A stretch of DNA of 64,000 bases from an uncultured Candidatus Saccharibacteria bacterium. Lineage in GTDB: Bacteria > Patescibacteriota > Doudnabacteria > UBA920. Both the position numbers and the translations under genes were made by a program. The stretch is from positions 7,399-71,398 of the forward strand of contig CAZACP010000004.1 of NCBI GenBank assembly GCA_964483665.1. Direction: 5' to 3'. Every line of letters begins with the position of its first letter. Position 1 is the first letter of the stretch. Positions 1 to 7,931 of the stretch are shown here, in pieces. Below the pieces are notes generated by a model. The model had not been told where the DNA came from. It saw only the letters and a program-made list of their open reading frames with translations, and did no database searches.

Positions 1-974
1 CCGCTCGCGTAGGCTTTAAAGTGTTTGCGCATTATGAAAAAAGATTTTTGGCCGCCCAGCTTTTCCTGAAACAATTTAGCATGCTCAAGAGCAACCGTTA
101 GTCGTTCCTTTACTGATGGTTGATAGTTGTCTTCGCGGAACATCCAGGGAAAGCCAAAAGCGCCTCTTGCTATCATAACTCCGTCGCAGCCTGTTTCTGC
201 CATTCGCGACAAGCCTTCCGTGCGAGACTTAACATCGCCATTGCCAATAATTAAAGTTTTTGATTGTAAAGTATTTCTAACATTAACAGCTTTTTTTACC
301 TCGACCCAACTAGCAGGCACTTTGCTTTTTTCTTGCTTGGTTCTTGCGTGCAAAGTTATAGCCGCCAAATTATGTTTGAGCAAATGTCCTATCCAGATTT
401 CGGTTTCAGGTTTAGAATATCCGGTTCTTGTTTTTACAGAGACCGGCAAACTACCAGCTCCTTTTATGGTTGCTTCGATGATCTCTGATGCCAAAACTGG
501 ATTGCGAATTAAAGCCGCGCACGCTCCTATGCCAATTTCCTTGTCCTGCGGGCAGCCCATATTTATATCTATGCCGTCAAAACCTAAATTCACCATTAAC
601 TTACTCGCTTCATAAAACTTTTCCGGGTCAGTCCCCCATATTTGCGCAACTATTGGCCTTTGATTTTCCGTGTATTCCAAATCTATTTTAAGCCGCTCAA
701 AACCAGTAGGATGCAGTATGCCATCCACATTTATAAACTCAGTAAACATAACGAACGCATTGCCTTTTTTTGTCTCCTCCTCCCCTGGCGAGGGGAGGAT
801 GCCCGATAGGGCAGGAGAGGTTGCTGTGGTCGTGTTATCGTTATTGTTATGAGTAATAGTTTTTACTCCCCCGCTATACTTAGCAAACATTTCCCTAAAC
901 ACCACGTCTGTAACTTCTTCCATAGGTGCTAGACAAAAAATGGGTCTATTAAGTTGTTGCCAAAAGTTAGACAT
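1..974 (-). CDS. dus: tRNA-dihydrouridine synthase (partial; 3' end beyond window start)
   Basis: The minus-strand frame is open from the window edge to an ATG at 972-974. The N-terminus MSNFWQQLNRPIFCLAPMEEVTDVVFREMF matches the LAPMxxVTDxxFR motif of Dus enzymes. It is absent from the ORF track because it has no in-window stop. It contains a roughly 35-aa low-complexity in-frame insert. Confidence 0.8.
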   Translation of the reverse strand, partial: MSNFWQQLNRPIFCLAPMEEVTDVVFREMFAKYSGGVKTITHNNNDNTTTATSPALSGILPSPGEEETKKGNAFVMFTEFINVDGILHPTGFERLKIDLEYTENQRPIVAQIWGTDPEKFYEASKLMVNLGFDGIDINMGCPQDKEIGIGACAALIRNPVLASEIIEATIKGAGSLPVSVKTRTGYSKPETEIWIGHLLKHNLAAITLHARTKQEKSKVPASWVEVKKAVNVRNTLQSKTLIIGNGDVKSRTEGLSRMAETGCDGVMIARGAFGFPWMFREDNYQPSVKERLTVALEHAKLFQEKLGGQKSFFIMRKHFKAYAS

Positions 975-1004
975 AGATATAATAATACAATAAAAACCGC
1001 CCTT

Positions 1005-1045
1005 GTTCCAGCCCGCAGGCCGGAATCAAGGGCATAGTCTACACG
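1005..1045. repeat. Terminator-like hairpin element (AAAAACCGCCC...TCAAGGGC); related copy at 1505-1550
   Basis: Inverted repeat gcccttg...caagggc with a nested GC palindrome. It lies downstream of minus ORF 1057..1443. Confidence 0.45.
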
Positions 1046-1056
1046 TCAAGAATCCT

Positions 1057-1443
1057 TTAGTCGTCTTCGGATTCGGGTATTAACTCAAATGTCGTATACG
1101 CGCCCTGGCCGCGAATTGCGGGTCGGTTGATCATTAGATACTTTTGTTCTTTGAACCCGTACCTAACTACCAGCACCACTCTTGTAAACCGAAGCGCTCC
1201 TATGGGTGGCTTCTCCGCGTCAACCTCTATTCCTATTGGGTAGGCGTTGACGAGATCGTTTGCTATGGCATACCCACACCAGCTCGTAAGAGCAAGGTTA
1301 TACTGGTTCATCAGGTTTGAAATTCGTGAAATCGCTCCAAACAAATCACTAGTCACCCACATAGTAAAAGCGGCCAAGCCGATACCCAAGACAGTGAACA
1401 AAACCGCGAGCATAAAGGTCGAAACAGACATCATGGAATCCAT
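1057..1443 (-). CDS. Hypothetical small membrane protein (GC-rich orphan ORF)
   Basis: 128-aa ORF with an N-terminal TM helix. The local GC is clearly higher than in the flanks. I recognise no homology. Confidence 0.4.
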   Translation of the reverse strand: MDSMMSVSTFMLAVLFTVLGIGLAAFTMWVTSDLFGAISRISNLMNQYNLALTSWCGYAIANDLVNAYPIGIEVDAEKPPIGALRFTRVVLVVRYGFKEQKYLMINRPAIRGQGAYTTFELIPESEDD

Positions 1444-1504
1444 ATTGCTCCCTCTTGTATCTTTTTTCCCGACTACTCATTTAAGCAGAGAGAGAGAGAG
1501 ATTT

Positions 1505-1550
1505 GTCAATCCAAAAAACCGCCCCTCCGCCAGTTGGCGGATCAAGGGAC
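1505..1550. terminator. Bidirectional rho-independent terminator-like hairpin containing CCGCCAGTTGGCGG palindrome
   Basis: The sequence is aaaaaaccgcccctccgccagttggcggatcaagggacggttttt: a stem with an A-run before it and a T-run after it. It is downstream of the rplJ-rplL unit on the minus strand. Confidence 0.5.
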
Positions 1551-1726
1551 GGTTTTTATGTTCGGATCATTCGGATGCGTTCGCAAGTTCGGATCGCAAA
1601 ATTATTTAGTAGATCCTTCGGCTCGTAAACGAGCCTCAGGATGAACCTTAAATAACTGTTACTTGAGGGATCCTTCATCCCAATAAATTGGGACTCAGGA
1701 TCAACTTAAAATAATTAAGTCTAAAA

Positions 1727-2137
1727 TTATTTTAAGTTGACTTTTGCACCGGCTTCTTCCATTTTCTTCTTCATTTCTTCAGCCTGGGCTTTGGCAACAT
1801 TTTCCTTAACTACTTTAGGAGCGCCGTCTACAATGTCCTTGGCTTCTTTAAGGCCAAGACCGGTAATTTCGCGCACAACTTTAATCACATTAATTTTGTT
1901 CGCTCCGGCTTCGGCTAGTTCTACGTTGAATTCAGTTTTTTCTTCAGCTGCAGCCGCACCAGCGCCTGCTCCGGCGGCCGGCATTGCACCCATCATCATG
2001 GGAGCAGCGGCAGAAACGCCGAACTTACCTTCTAAAACTTTTACTAACTCGGAAAGTTCCAAAACAGAAAGCTTTTCAATTTGTTCTACCAAAGCTTTGA
2101 ATTTTTCCGGAACTTCTACTTTATTTTCTTCTGACAT
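1727..2137 (-). CDS. rplL: 50S ribosomal protein L7/L12
   Basis: 136 aa with an N-terminal dimerisation helix, an Ala/Gly-rich hinge ([13 protein letters not shown]) and a C-terminal domain ending [24 protein letters not shown]...KVNLK. Confidence 0.95.
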   Translation of the reverse strand: MSEENKVEVPEKFKALVEQIEKLSVLELSELVKVLEGKFGVSAAAPMMMGAMPAAGAGAGAAAAEEKTEFNVELAEAGANKINVIKVVREITGLGLKEAKDIVDGAPKVVKENVAKAQAEEMKKKMEEAGAKVNLK

Positions 2138-2259
2138 ATGTTTTCTTAAATATATTAATTAATAAATTTTGTAATTTTTTTAATTTTATTAATAATTTTC
2201 TAATGTATAATTTTTGAATTAAAACATTATTTAAAAATTATAAAATTAAAAATTGGGAA

Positions 2260-2787
2260 TTATGCTTTTTGCGTAACCGCGTTAAGCACATTTATTAAGC
2301 TTCTTATGTTGCCGGCAAGTACGTTTACAAAACCGGAAACCGGAGCGTTAATTGTGCCAACAAGCATGCCTCGGAGCTGGTCTTTGCTTGGCAAGTCGGC
2401 CAATGCCTCAACCTGAGTTTTAGCAATAACCGCTTTGTCGACCACACCTTCCAAAACTTTTATGGTCTTAATTTCTTTAGCCAGACTTTTTATAACCCTA
2501 GCCGGCGAAGTCTCGTCTTCGTTAGACATAGACAAAATTACCGGGGTTTTATAGTCCGCAATATTACCGCTAACTCCTGCTTCTGACAAAGCTTTTTTTA
2601 CTAGGCTTAATTTGTAAACCTTGGAAAAAACATTTTCCTTGCGCAAAGCGCTGCGGAATTTGGTAATATCTTTAACTGTTGTGCCTTTATAGTCGGTAAA
2701 GACTATAGACTTTGCGGTTTTAACCTTTTCTGTTAATTCCTGCAAATCAGTCTGTTTTTGAGATTTTGATTTAGACATAGTTTGCAA
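2260..2787 (-). CDS. rplJ: 50S ribosomal protein L10
   Basis: 175-aa ORF immediately upstream of rplL with an L10-like sequence (SIVFTDYKGTTVKDITKFRSALRKENV). Confidence 0.9.
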   Translation of the reverse strand: MQTMSKSKSQKQTDLQELTEKVKTAKSIVFTDYKGTTVKDITKFRSALRKENVFSKVYKLSLVKKALSEAGVSGNIADYKTPVILSMSNEDETSPARVIKSLAKEIKTIKVLEGVVDKAVIAKTQVEALADLPSKDQLRGMLVGTINAPVSGFVNVLAGNIRSLINVLNAVTQKA

Positions 2788-2877
2788 TAACTAATAATTG
2801 TTAATTGATAATTAATAACTTTAGGTACAGTTATGAGATATCAATTATTAGTTATAAATTCTTTCTTCTTTTCGACC

Positions 2878-2940
2878 TTTACCCTGTTAAATAACTCGCT
2901 AAAGGCGAGTTGCCGCTAAGCGGCATTTAACAGGGTTAAT
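2878..2940. repeat. Structured multi-hairpin element (copy 1), about 90 nt upstream of the rplJ start; possible L10 leader or repeat
   Basis: The sequence is ccctgttaaataactcgctaaaggcgagttgccgctaagcggcatttaacaggg: an outer 11-bp stem with two nested hairpins. The copy at 17005-17078 is about 80% identical and has compensatory stem changes. Confidence 0.5.
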
Positions 2941-3221
2941 CGTTAAATATCGTAGACAAATTCCGCCTTCGCCAAGGCTATGGCGGATTGTTCTCTATAA
3001 AAATAAATTTATGGGAACAAAAAACTCGGGCTTAGCCGAGTGAAATACTTATAAGCTTACCAGCTTACGCGCTGATTTGCTTTTATATATTCCTCGGTGG
3101 GCTCCTGTTTAGGAATTAACCCCACTTCTCCTAAGAGGCGGGGACCAACTGTCAATGGATATTAAACTTAATATATAATATAATAAACTAGCTAGAATGT
3201 CAAGGAATGAAAGGGGGGTCT

Positions 3222-3401
3222 ATGGACTCCGAATCTATTAGGTCACTGGGCCAATTTCTGTTTTTGGTGGGCTTCTTAGGCAGTCCCATCTGCCTAATCG
3301 AAATTGACCAGGAAGAAACCCCGTTGACATGGGGAATTATTGGTGCGGTTTTGATAGGCAAACTGCTGAGTTTTTTTGCCAACCTGGCGGGCGGATCGTG
3401 A
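3222..3401 (+). CDS. Putative small two-TM membrane protein (59 aa)
   Basis: There is a G-rich RBS (aaagggggg) 3 nt before an ATG at 3222, followed by two hydrophobic segments. A hairpin plus T-run terminator (ggcggatcgtgagatccgcc then tcttctttt) sits at 3394-3425. It lies in an otherwise unexplained 650-bp gap. Confidence 0.3.
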   Translation: MDSESIRSLGQFLFLVGFLGSPICLIEIDQEETPLTWGIIGAVLIGKLLSFFANLAGGS

Positions 3402-3434
3402 GATCCGCCTCTTCTTTTACCTAATTTAAAGTAT

Positions 3435-4013
3435 TTACTTAAACAAAAACTTCGGCACATAGCTTACCATTGCCGCCATTTCCCTTACGTAATAAAAACT
3501 AAGCTCCTTAAATTTAAAATACCCGCTGTCCGGTGCGCTATAGTAAACTTTTTTAAAACCCAAAGACTTGGCCATTATAACGCTTCTGGCCAAATGAAAT
3601 TTGTCTGAGACCACAATTACAGACTCTGCCTGGGGCAATTTTTCCCGCGCATTTTTTATATTTTCGTAAGTATTAGAAGCATTTTCGTCTAAAATTACAT
3701 TTAAAGTCTTATTGGTATTTTTTTGCAGTATTCGCTGCATATTGGTAGCTTCGGAAATATATTTTTCATTTATCCTGCCTCCGGAAAGCACCATTACCGG
3801 GGCCATTTCCTGCTCATAAAGCTTTAGGGCTTCTAAAGTCCTATTTTGCAAAGCCGGCGTGTTTATAGCAGCGCCCATAACTATTATGGCATCGGCTTTT
3901 TGCACTTGCGGCGAACTTAAGGCATAGCCAAAAACCAACCCGGCATCTAAAACAAGCGCCGCAGCAACGGCATATAGCCCTACTTTTATGGAACTAACAA
4001 CTCTTTTCCTCAT
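3435..4013 (-). CDS. DUF218 (YdcF/SanA/ElyC-like) family protein
   Basis: 192 aa with an N-terminal TM helix and the DUF218 pattern VLSGGR...ASNTYENIKNAREKL...VVSDKFHLARS. Confidence 0.7.
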   Translation of the reverse strand: MRKRVVSSIKVGLYAVAAALVLDAGLVFGYALSSPQVQKADAIIVMGAAINTPALQNRTLEALKLYEQEMAPVMVLSGGRINEKYISEATNMQRILQKNTNKTLNVILDENASNTYENIKNAREKLPQAESVIVVSDKFHLARSVIMAKSLGFKKVYYSAPDSGYFKFKELSFYYVREMAAMVSYVPKFLFK

Positions 4014-4185
4014 TCTTTAATTTTAGCATAATTGAAATAAAAATCCTTATTTACTGTATAATATTGTAACTATACCCCGTAATACAACTTTCTATATTAC
4101 CTTAGGGTATGGGTTATGTTTTAGGGCAAAATATTCTACATAAATATTGTGAGCATTAATAAAATGGAAAGATGATATACGGGGT

Positions 4186-4752
4186 ATGACCGAAACGCCA
4201 AAAACCGACGAAGAGTTAGCCAAACAAACACAAAACGGCAATACGGAAAGCTTTGGTGAGCTGGTGGCCAGATTTGAAAAAAAACTTACGCGTTACGCGA
4301 AAAAATTCCTGTTCGATTACTCCGAAGCCGAGGACTTAGTCCAGGAAGTTTTTTTAAAAGCCTACCAGAATATACAAAGCTTTGACGTAAAGCGTTCTTT
4401 TAATGCCTGGATATACCGGATTGCCCATAACTTGTTTATTAACGAAATAAAAAGAAAGGGCAAAGAACCGCTACCCTTTTTTGACCCTGACACGCTCTTT
4501 CCCCACCCCGTAGACAACCATAAAGCCGACGACGAAGTAAAAGAAAAAGAACTAAAGGAAATGATGGACAAATGCTTAAGCAAGCTAAAACCCAATTACC
4601 GTGAGGCAATGGTTTTGTACTATTACGAAGACCTAGACTACCAAAAAATTTCCGATGTCTTGCAAATTCCGGTTTCCACTGTGGGAGTAAGGCTGAACAG
4701 GGCAAAAAAAGAATTAAGAGAAATTTACCTAAAACTTTACCAGCCCGCCTAA
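4186..4752 (+). CDS. RNA polymerase sigma factor, ECF (sigma-70 family) type
   Basis: 188 aa with region 2 (LVQEVFLKAYQNIQSF...FNAWIYRIAHNLFINEIKRK) and region 4 (YREAMVLYYYEDLDYQKISDVLQIPVSTVGVRLNRAKKELRE). Confidence 0.85.
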   Translation: MTETPKTDEELAKQTQNGNTESFGELVARFEKKLTRYAKKFLFDYSEAEDLVQEVFLKAYQNIQSFDVKRSFNAWIYRIAHNLFINEIKRKGKEPLPFFDPDTLFPHPVDNHKADDEVKEKELKEMMDKCLSKLKPNYREAMVLYYYEDLDYQKISDVLQIPVSTVGVRLNRAKKELREIYLKLYQPA

Positions 4753-4776
4753 TAACTAAATGCTAATTGTTAAACC

Positions 4777-5535
4777 ATGAACGAATTACATCAAACATTA
4801 CAGGAAAAAGTTTTAAGCGCTATTAAGTCCGGAGAAGTTAAGCCGAAATCCAAATGGTACTTCTACGCTCAAAGCGCCGGTTTGTCTTTTGTCTTAATTT
4901 TCCTGGGACTCCTAGTTTTGTTTGTAGGCAGCTTAATTATATTCAGTTTAAAACAAAACGGCGCCTGGTACGCCCCGGGTTTCGGCTTTTACGGCCTTAA
5001 AATTTTTGTTTTGTCTCTCCCCTGGCTTTTAATTTTAGCGGTCGCAGGCTTATTAGTTTTGCTGGAACGACTTTTAAAGCACTACAAATTCAGCTATAAG
5101 CAGCCAATGCTGTATTCTTTTGTCGGGGTCGGGCTTTTGTTTGTTTTAGGTACAATTTTAGTTTCACAAATCCATATTCACGAAGAAATTTTTAACCAAA
5201 CCAGGCAAAACAAACTTATGTTTGGAAAAGGCGTTTATAAGTACTACGGAATGCCTGCAAAAGGCAATGTAACGCGAGGAATAATTTTAGAAAAAAATAC
5301 GGAAGGATGTAAAATAAGCACTTTGTCGGAAGAAATTTTGCAGGTTTTAGTTACGCCCAATACCCGCTTGCCTTACGCCTATGATTTTGTTTCCGGGGAC
5401 GAAATTATGGTACTAGGCCCCAGGGACGACCAAACCATTCGGGCAGTTGGCATAGTTAAGCTCGGCAGCATGCCTGAAATTTTTATAACCCCGACTTCAC
5501 CCCCTGTTATGCTAATGCCTCAATTTACGCAGTAA
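4777..5535 (+). CDS. Membrane protein, putative anti-sigma factor partner
   Basis: 252 aa with several TM helices. It follows the ECF sigma gene by 25 nt in the same orientation. Confidence 0.4.
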   Translation: MNELHQTLQEKVLSAIKSGEVKPKSKWYFYAQSAGLSFVLIFLGLLVLFVGSLIIFSLKQNGAWYAPGFGFYGLKIFVLSLPWLLILAVAGLLVLLERLLKHYKFSYKQPMLYSFVGVGLLFVLGTILVSQIHIHEEIFNQTRQNKLMFGKGVYKYYGMPAKGNVTRGIILEKNTEGCKISTLSEEILQVLVTPNTRLPYAYDFVSGDEIMVLGPRDDQTIRAVGIVKLGSMPEIFITPTSPPVMLMPQFTQ

Positions 5536-5595
5536 CCAAAACCATTCCGAGCCTTTGCGAGGAATCCCTTCTTTTTTCACTAACTTATAACAAAA

Positions 5596-5630
5596 ATCCC
5601 GAGTAAAAACGGGGTTTTTATTTTTTTTCT
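5596..5630 (+). terminator. Rho-independent terminator
   Basis: Stem tcccg...cgggg followed by tttttatttttttt after the 4777..5535 gene. Confidence 0.5.
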
Positions 5631-5719
5631 CTTATTTTAATTTTTTTGAAATATTTTTTTTGCGGTAAAGTAGTAATGTGTGAGCAGCTCAAAAAAATTA
5701 ACTTAAGAAAGGACAACCT

Positions 5720-6187
5720 ATGGAAACAAACCTCCAAAAATCTACTTGGATGAAGAAAAAATATTTAGCTTACGGCATTATTCCGGCTTTTGCTTTAGCC
5801 TTAGCCGGGGCGGGCGTAGCCTCCGCCCATGGATTTGGTTTTGGTATGAGTAATTTAACTCCGCAGCAAATTGCGCAAAACCAAACTGACCGCTTCACTA
5901 AACAGGCCGCGCTTTTAGGAGTCAGCGTGGACGAAGTAAAAACGGCTTGGGCCAAAGGCCAGACCTTGCAGGAACTGGCAAATTCCAAAGGCATAACCGC
6001 CGAGCAACTAAAAGCTAAAATGCAGGCGCAAATGCAGGAACAACAAAAAGCGCATTTGCAGGCTTTGGTTGACCAAGGCGTAATAACCCAAGACCAAATG
6101 AACCAACGCCTTGAATTTGAAAAAAACAACCAGGGCAAAGGCTTTGGCAAGCGCGGTATGCGCGGAATGGGTATGATGGGCTTTTAG
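5720..6187 (+). CDS. Secreted Gln/Ala-rich protein (signal peptide)
   Basis: RBS aaagga 8 nt upstream. The signal peptide is LAYGIIPAFALALAGAGVASA, the body is a helical Q-rich region and the C-terminus is Gly/Met-rich. It is part of the ECF sigma neighbourhood. Confidence 0.5.
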   Translation: METNLQKSTWMKKKYLAYGIIPAFALALAGAGVASAHGFGFGMSNLTPQQIAQNQTDRFTKQAALLGVSVDEVKTAWAKGQTLQELANSKGITAEQLKAKMQAQMQEQQKAHLQALVDQGVITQDQMNQRLEFEKNNQGKGFGKRGMRGMGMMGF

Positions 6188-6203
6188 ATTTAAACAATAT
6201 TAA

Positions 6204-6241
6204 CTCTCTCTCCAAGACTTGGAGAGAGCCGGAGAGAGATT
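6204..6241. repeat. Family A palindromic element (CTCTCTCCAAGACTTGGAGAGAG core)
   Basis: It shares its core with the copies at 24627, 45092, 45512 and 63043 and with the intragenic copies. Confidence 0.7.
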
Positions 6242-6353
6242 AATTCGCCTCTGTCATCCCGGCCCCCGACCGCGTCCTCCATAGCTTTATACGAAGGATG
6301 GAGCCGGAATCCAGTAACTCACTTAACAACTATCTCGAGCAACTAATTATAAA

Positions 6354-6392
6354 CAAAAACCCTTAAGATTTATGACCTTAGGGGTTTTTGTT
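6354..6392 (+). terminator. Rho-independent terminator-like hairpin
   Basis: aaaaacccttaag-atttatgac-cttaggggtttttgtttt. Confidence 0.45.
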
Positions 6393-6459
6393 TTGACTAT
6401 TAATAAGTTGATTGCTAAACTCCTTGCATGCTCGCACCTAGCGGGCTGAAGGAGGTTCA

Positions 6460-6846
6460 ATGTTTTGGTTAGTTGCCATGCTCCTAATGGAGAGTCCACC
6501 CAGCTGGAAGGAGCAACCGAAAAATCACTTCGAGCTGGAAAACTCAACCGACAAGTGCTGGGTCGAAGTGAAGGACTCCAGTTTGGTAGGACGAGTCATG
6601 CATTTGAAAGAAGGTGACGTAGAATATTGGCACTACGTCATTATCTCGGGTTCAAAGCTCAGTCACGAGAACTGGCTTATGAACCCCAAAAGCGGTTTAA
6701 CCTACCAATACGGCGCCGGTGAGCCTTTTCGCAGATGGGCGTTTCAGCAGTTATGCGGCAGGCATCTACGCATGCTGCCAAAAGAAATACAGAAAAGGTT
6801 TAAGAAAGTTGGGTACAAATCCCAACGCCCTCCGCCCCATCCCTAG
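6460..6846 (+). CDS. Hypothetical protein (GC-rich orphan ORF)
   Basis: 128 aa with a strong RBS (gaaggagg 6 nt before the ATG). There is a possible promoter TTGACT-N17-TAAACT at 6392-6420. The local GC is elevated. Confidence 0.45.
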   Translation: MFWLVAMLLMESPPSWKEQPKNHFELENSTDKCWVEVKDSSLVGRVMHLKEGDVEYWHYVIISGSKLSHENWLMNPKSGLTYQYGAGEPFRRWAFQQLCGRHLRMLPKEIQKRFKKVGYKSQRPPPHP

Positions 6847-6924
6847 TCCGTCACACGACGACAACATAAGGCATTAGCTAATTTGGACTGTACATCCAAA
6901 AAGCTAATGCCTTTGCTTTTTTGA

Positions 6925-6960
6925 TTCGCACCCTATTGCACTACTGTACTAGTACGATGA
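6925..6960. repeat. Family E element (GCACTACTGTACTAGTAC palindrome core)
   Basis: It matches the repeats at 12631-12665 and 13570-13627. Confidence 0.6.
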
Positions 6961-6970
6961 AACAAAAAAA

Positions 6971-7231
6971 TTATTTTTTTATTAAAGGCAAAGGTTTATA
7001 CAACCCCCAGGGCTTAGTCCAGCCTTTGGTTTTGTAATGAAAGAAAAAATGTACTACCAAAGAAACAATAAAAGAAATAAGTAAAGTAAAAAGAGTAAAT
7101 TCCAAATCCTTCCAAAAATATAAACCTACAAATATCGGAGTGACTATAGAATACTTAAGAATTCTAAACTTACGCGACTGTCCATGCACCACCACATATT
7201 TTTCTTTTTGTAAGATTTCTTTAAAAGACAT
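6971..7231 (-). CDS. Hypothetical small membrane protein
   Basis: 86 aa with two hydrophobic helices. Its end is 3 nt from the start of the upstream gene (stop 7231-7233, start 7234). Confidence 0.35.
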   Translation of the reverse strand: MSFKEILQKEKYVVVHGQSRKFRILKYSIVTPIFVGLYFWKDLEFTLFTLLISFIVSLVVHFFFHYKTKGWTKPWGLYKPLPLIKK

Positions 7232-7233
7232 AA

Positions 7234-7800
7234 CTACACTTTAATTTCACTTAATATTTTACTTGCTACTTCGGCAATGTCTTTGTTTGAATCAATGGGA
7301 ATAGCACCTCTCTTAATCATTCTGATTTCAAACTCCCTACGTCCACTTAAAGCAAATTCTCTTTCCTCATCGTATTTCCCAAAAGCATTTTCTCCAGGGT
7401 TCATATGGCGTGCCTCCATTCTCTGCGCTAGAATGTTGTCTGGCGATTGAAGTAAAAAGATTTTATCAAATAAATGTAAAAACTCATCTTGATTACCGGT
7501 AATACCTGTTGCGATTAACAAACCTTGATTATTTTTTAATATTTTCTGCAAACTTTCAAAATTACAAACCCAATCATGGTCTTTTAGCCAAGTCATTGTT
7601 GGGCTGTAGTCGTCGGCCTTTTCTTTTGTATTTTTATCTATCCAATAACACAAGTCCTCAATTTCTTCTATATCAAACGCAAAAACACCCCTACTTTTAA
7701 ACTCCTTAGCAATTGCCGATTTACCACTACCAGATATGCCGGTAACATAAATTTTCATATACTGCAATTTTAACACAAAATCGGCTTTGTCAGATAGCAA
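7234..7800 (-). CDS. P-loop NTPase, nucleotide/nucleoside kinase-like
   Basis: Walker A GISGSGKS lies near a probable start at MKIYVTG (about 7758). The overall layout resembles AAA_33-type kinases. Confidence 0.55.
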   Translation of the reverse strand: MLSDKADFVLKLQYMKIYVTGISGSGKSAIAKEFKSRGVFAFDIEEIEDLCYWIDKNTKEKADDYSPTMTWLKDHDWVCNFESLQKILKNNQGLLIATGITGNQDEFLHLFDKIFLLQSPDNILAQRMEARHMNPGENAFGKYDEEREFALSGRREFEIRMIKRGAIPIDSNKDIAEVASKILSEIKV

Positions 7801-7856
7801 ATACTAGATTTTTTTTGTTAAATATCATATAATGTATGAAGTTTTTACCACTCTAT

Positions 7857-7931
7857 TGGGGTGTCGCCAAGTGGTAAGGCAGCGCCCTTTGGAGGCGCCA
7901 TTCGTAGGTTCGAATCCTACCACCCCAGCCA
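7857..7931 (+). tRNA. tRNA-Gln (anticodon UUG)
   Basis: Cloverleaf with acceptor stem TGGGGTG/CACCCCA, a 3-bp D stem GCC...GGC, anticodon stem GCGCC/GGCGC with loop CTTTGGA, T arm GTAGG-TTCGAAT-CCTAC, discriminator G and encoded CCA. A TATAAT box sits at 7828-7833. Confidence 0.85.

Noticed and set aside
127-852. Plus-strand ORFs 127..615, 488..691 and 670..852.
   Set aside because: They are antisense to the clearly recognisable minus-strand dus gene and have no motifs, so I treat them as spurious.
1702-1739. Inverted repeat CAACTTAAAATAATT...AATTATTTTAAGTTG overlapping the rplL stop, considered as a terminator.
   Set aside because: No U-run follows on either strand. The more convincing terminator is the hairpin at 1505-1550.
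1737-2162. Plus-strand 141-aa ORF overlapping rplL.
   Set aside because: It is antisense to L7/L12 and its Ala/Ser-rich translation is an artefact of the GC-rich hinge-coding region.
2790-3435. tmRNA, RNase P RNA, SRP RNA or 6S RNA in the long rplJ upstream gap.
   Set aside because: No tag-peptide reading frame ending ...AA-stop is present. The RNase P P4 and SRP domain IV consensus strings are also absent. I therefore left it as an unexplained structured region.
3200-3460. Minus-strand 86-aa ORF.
   Set aside because: It overlaps the 3' end of the DUF218 gene, has no RBS, and is low-complexity Arg/Lys-rich.
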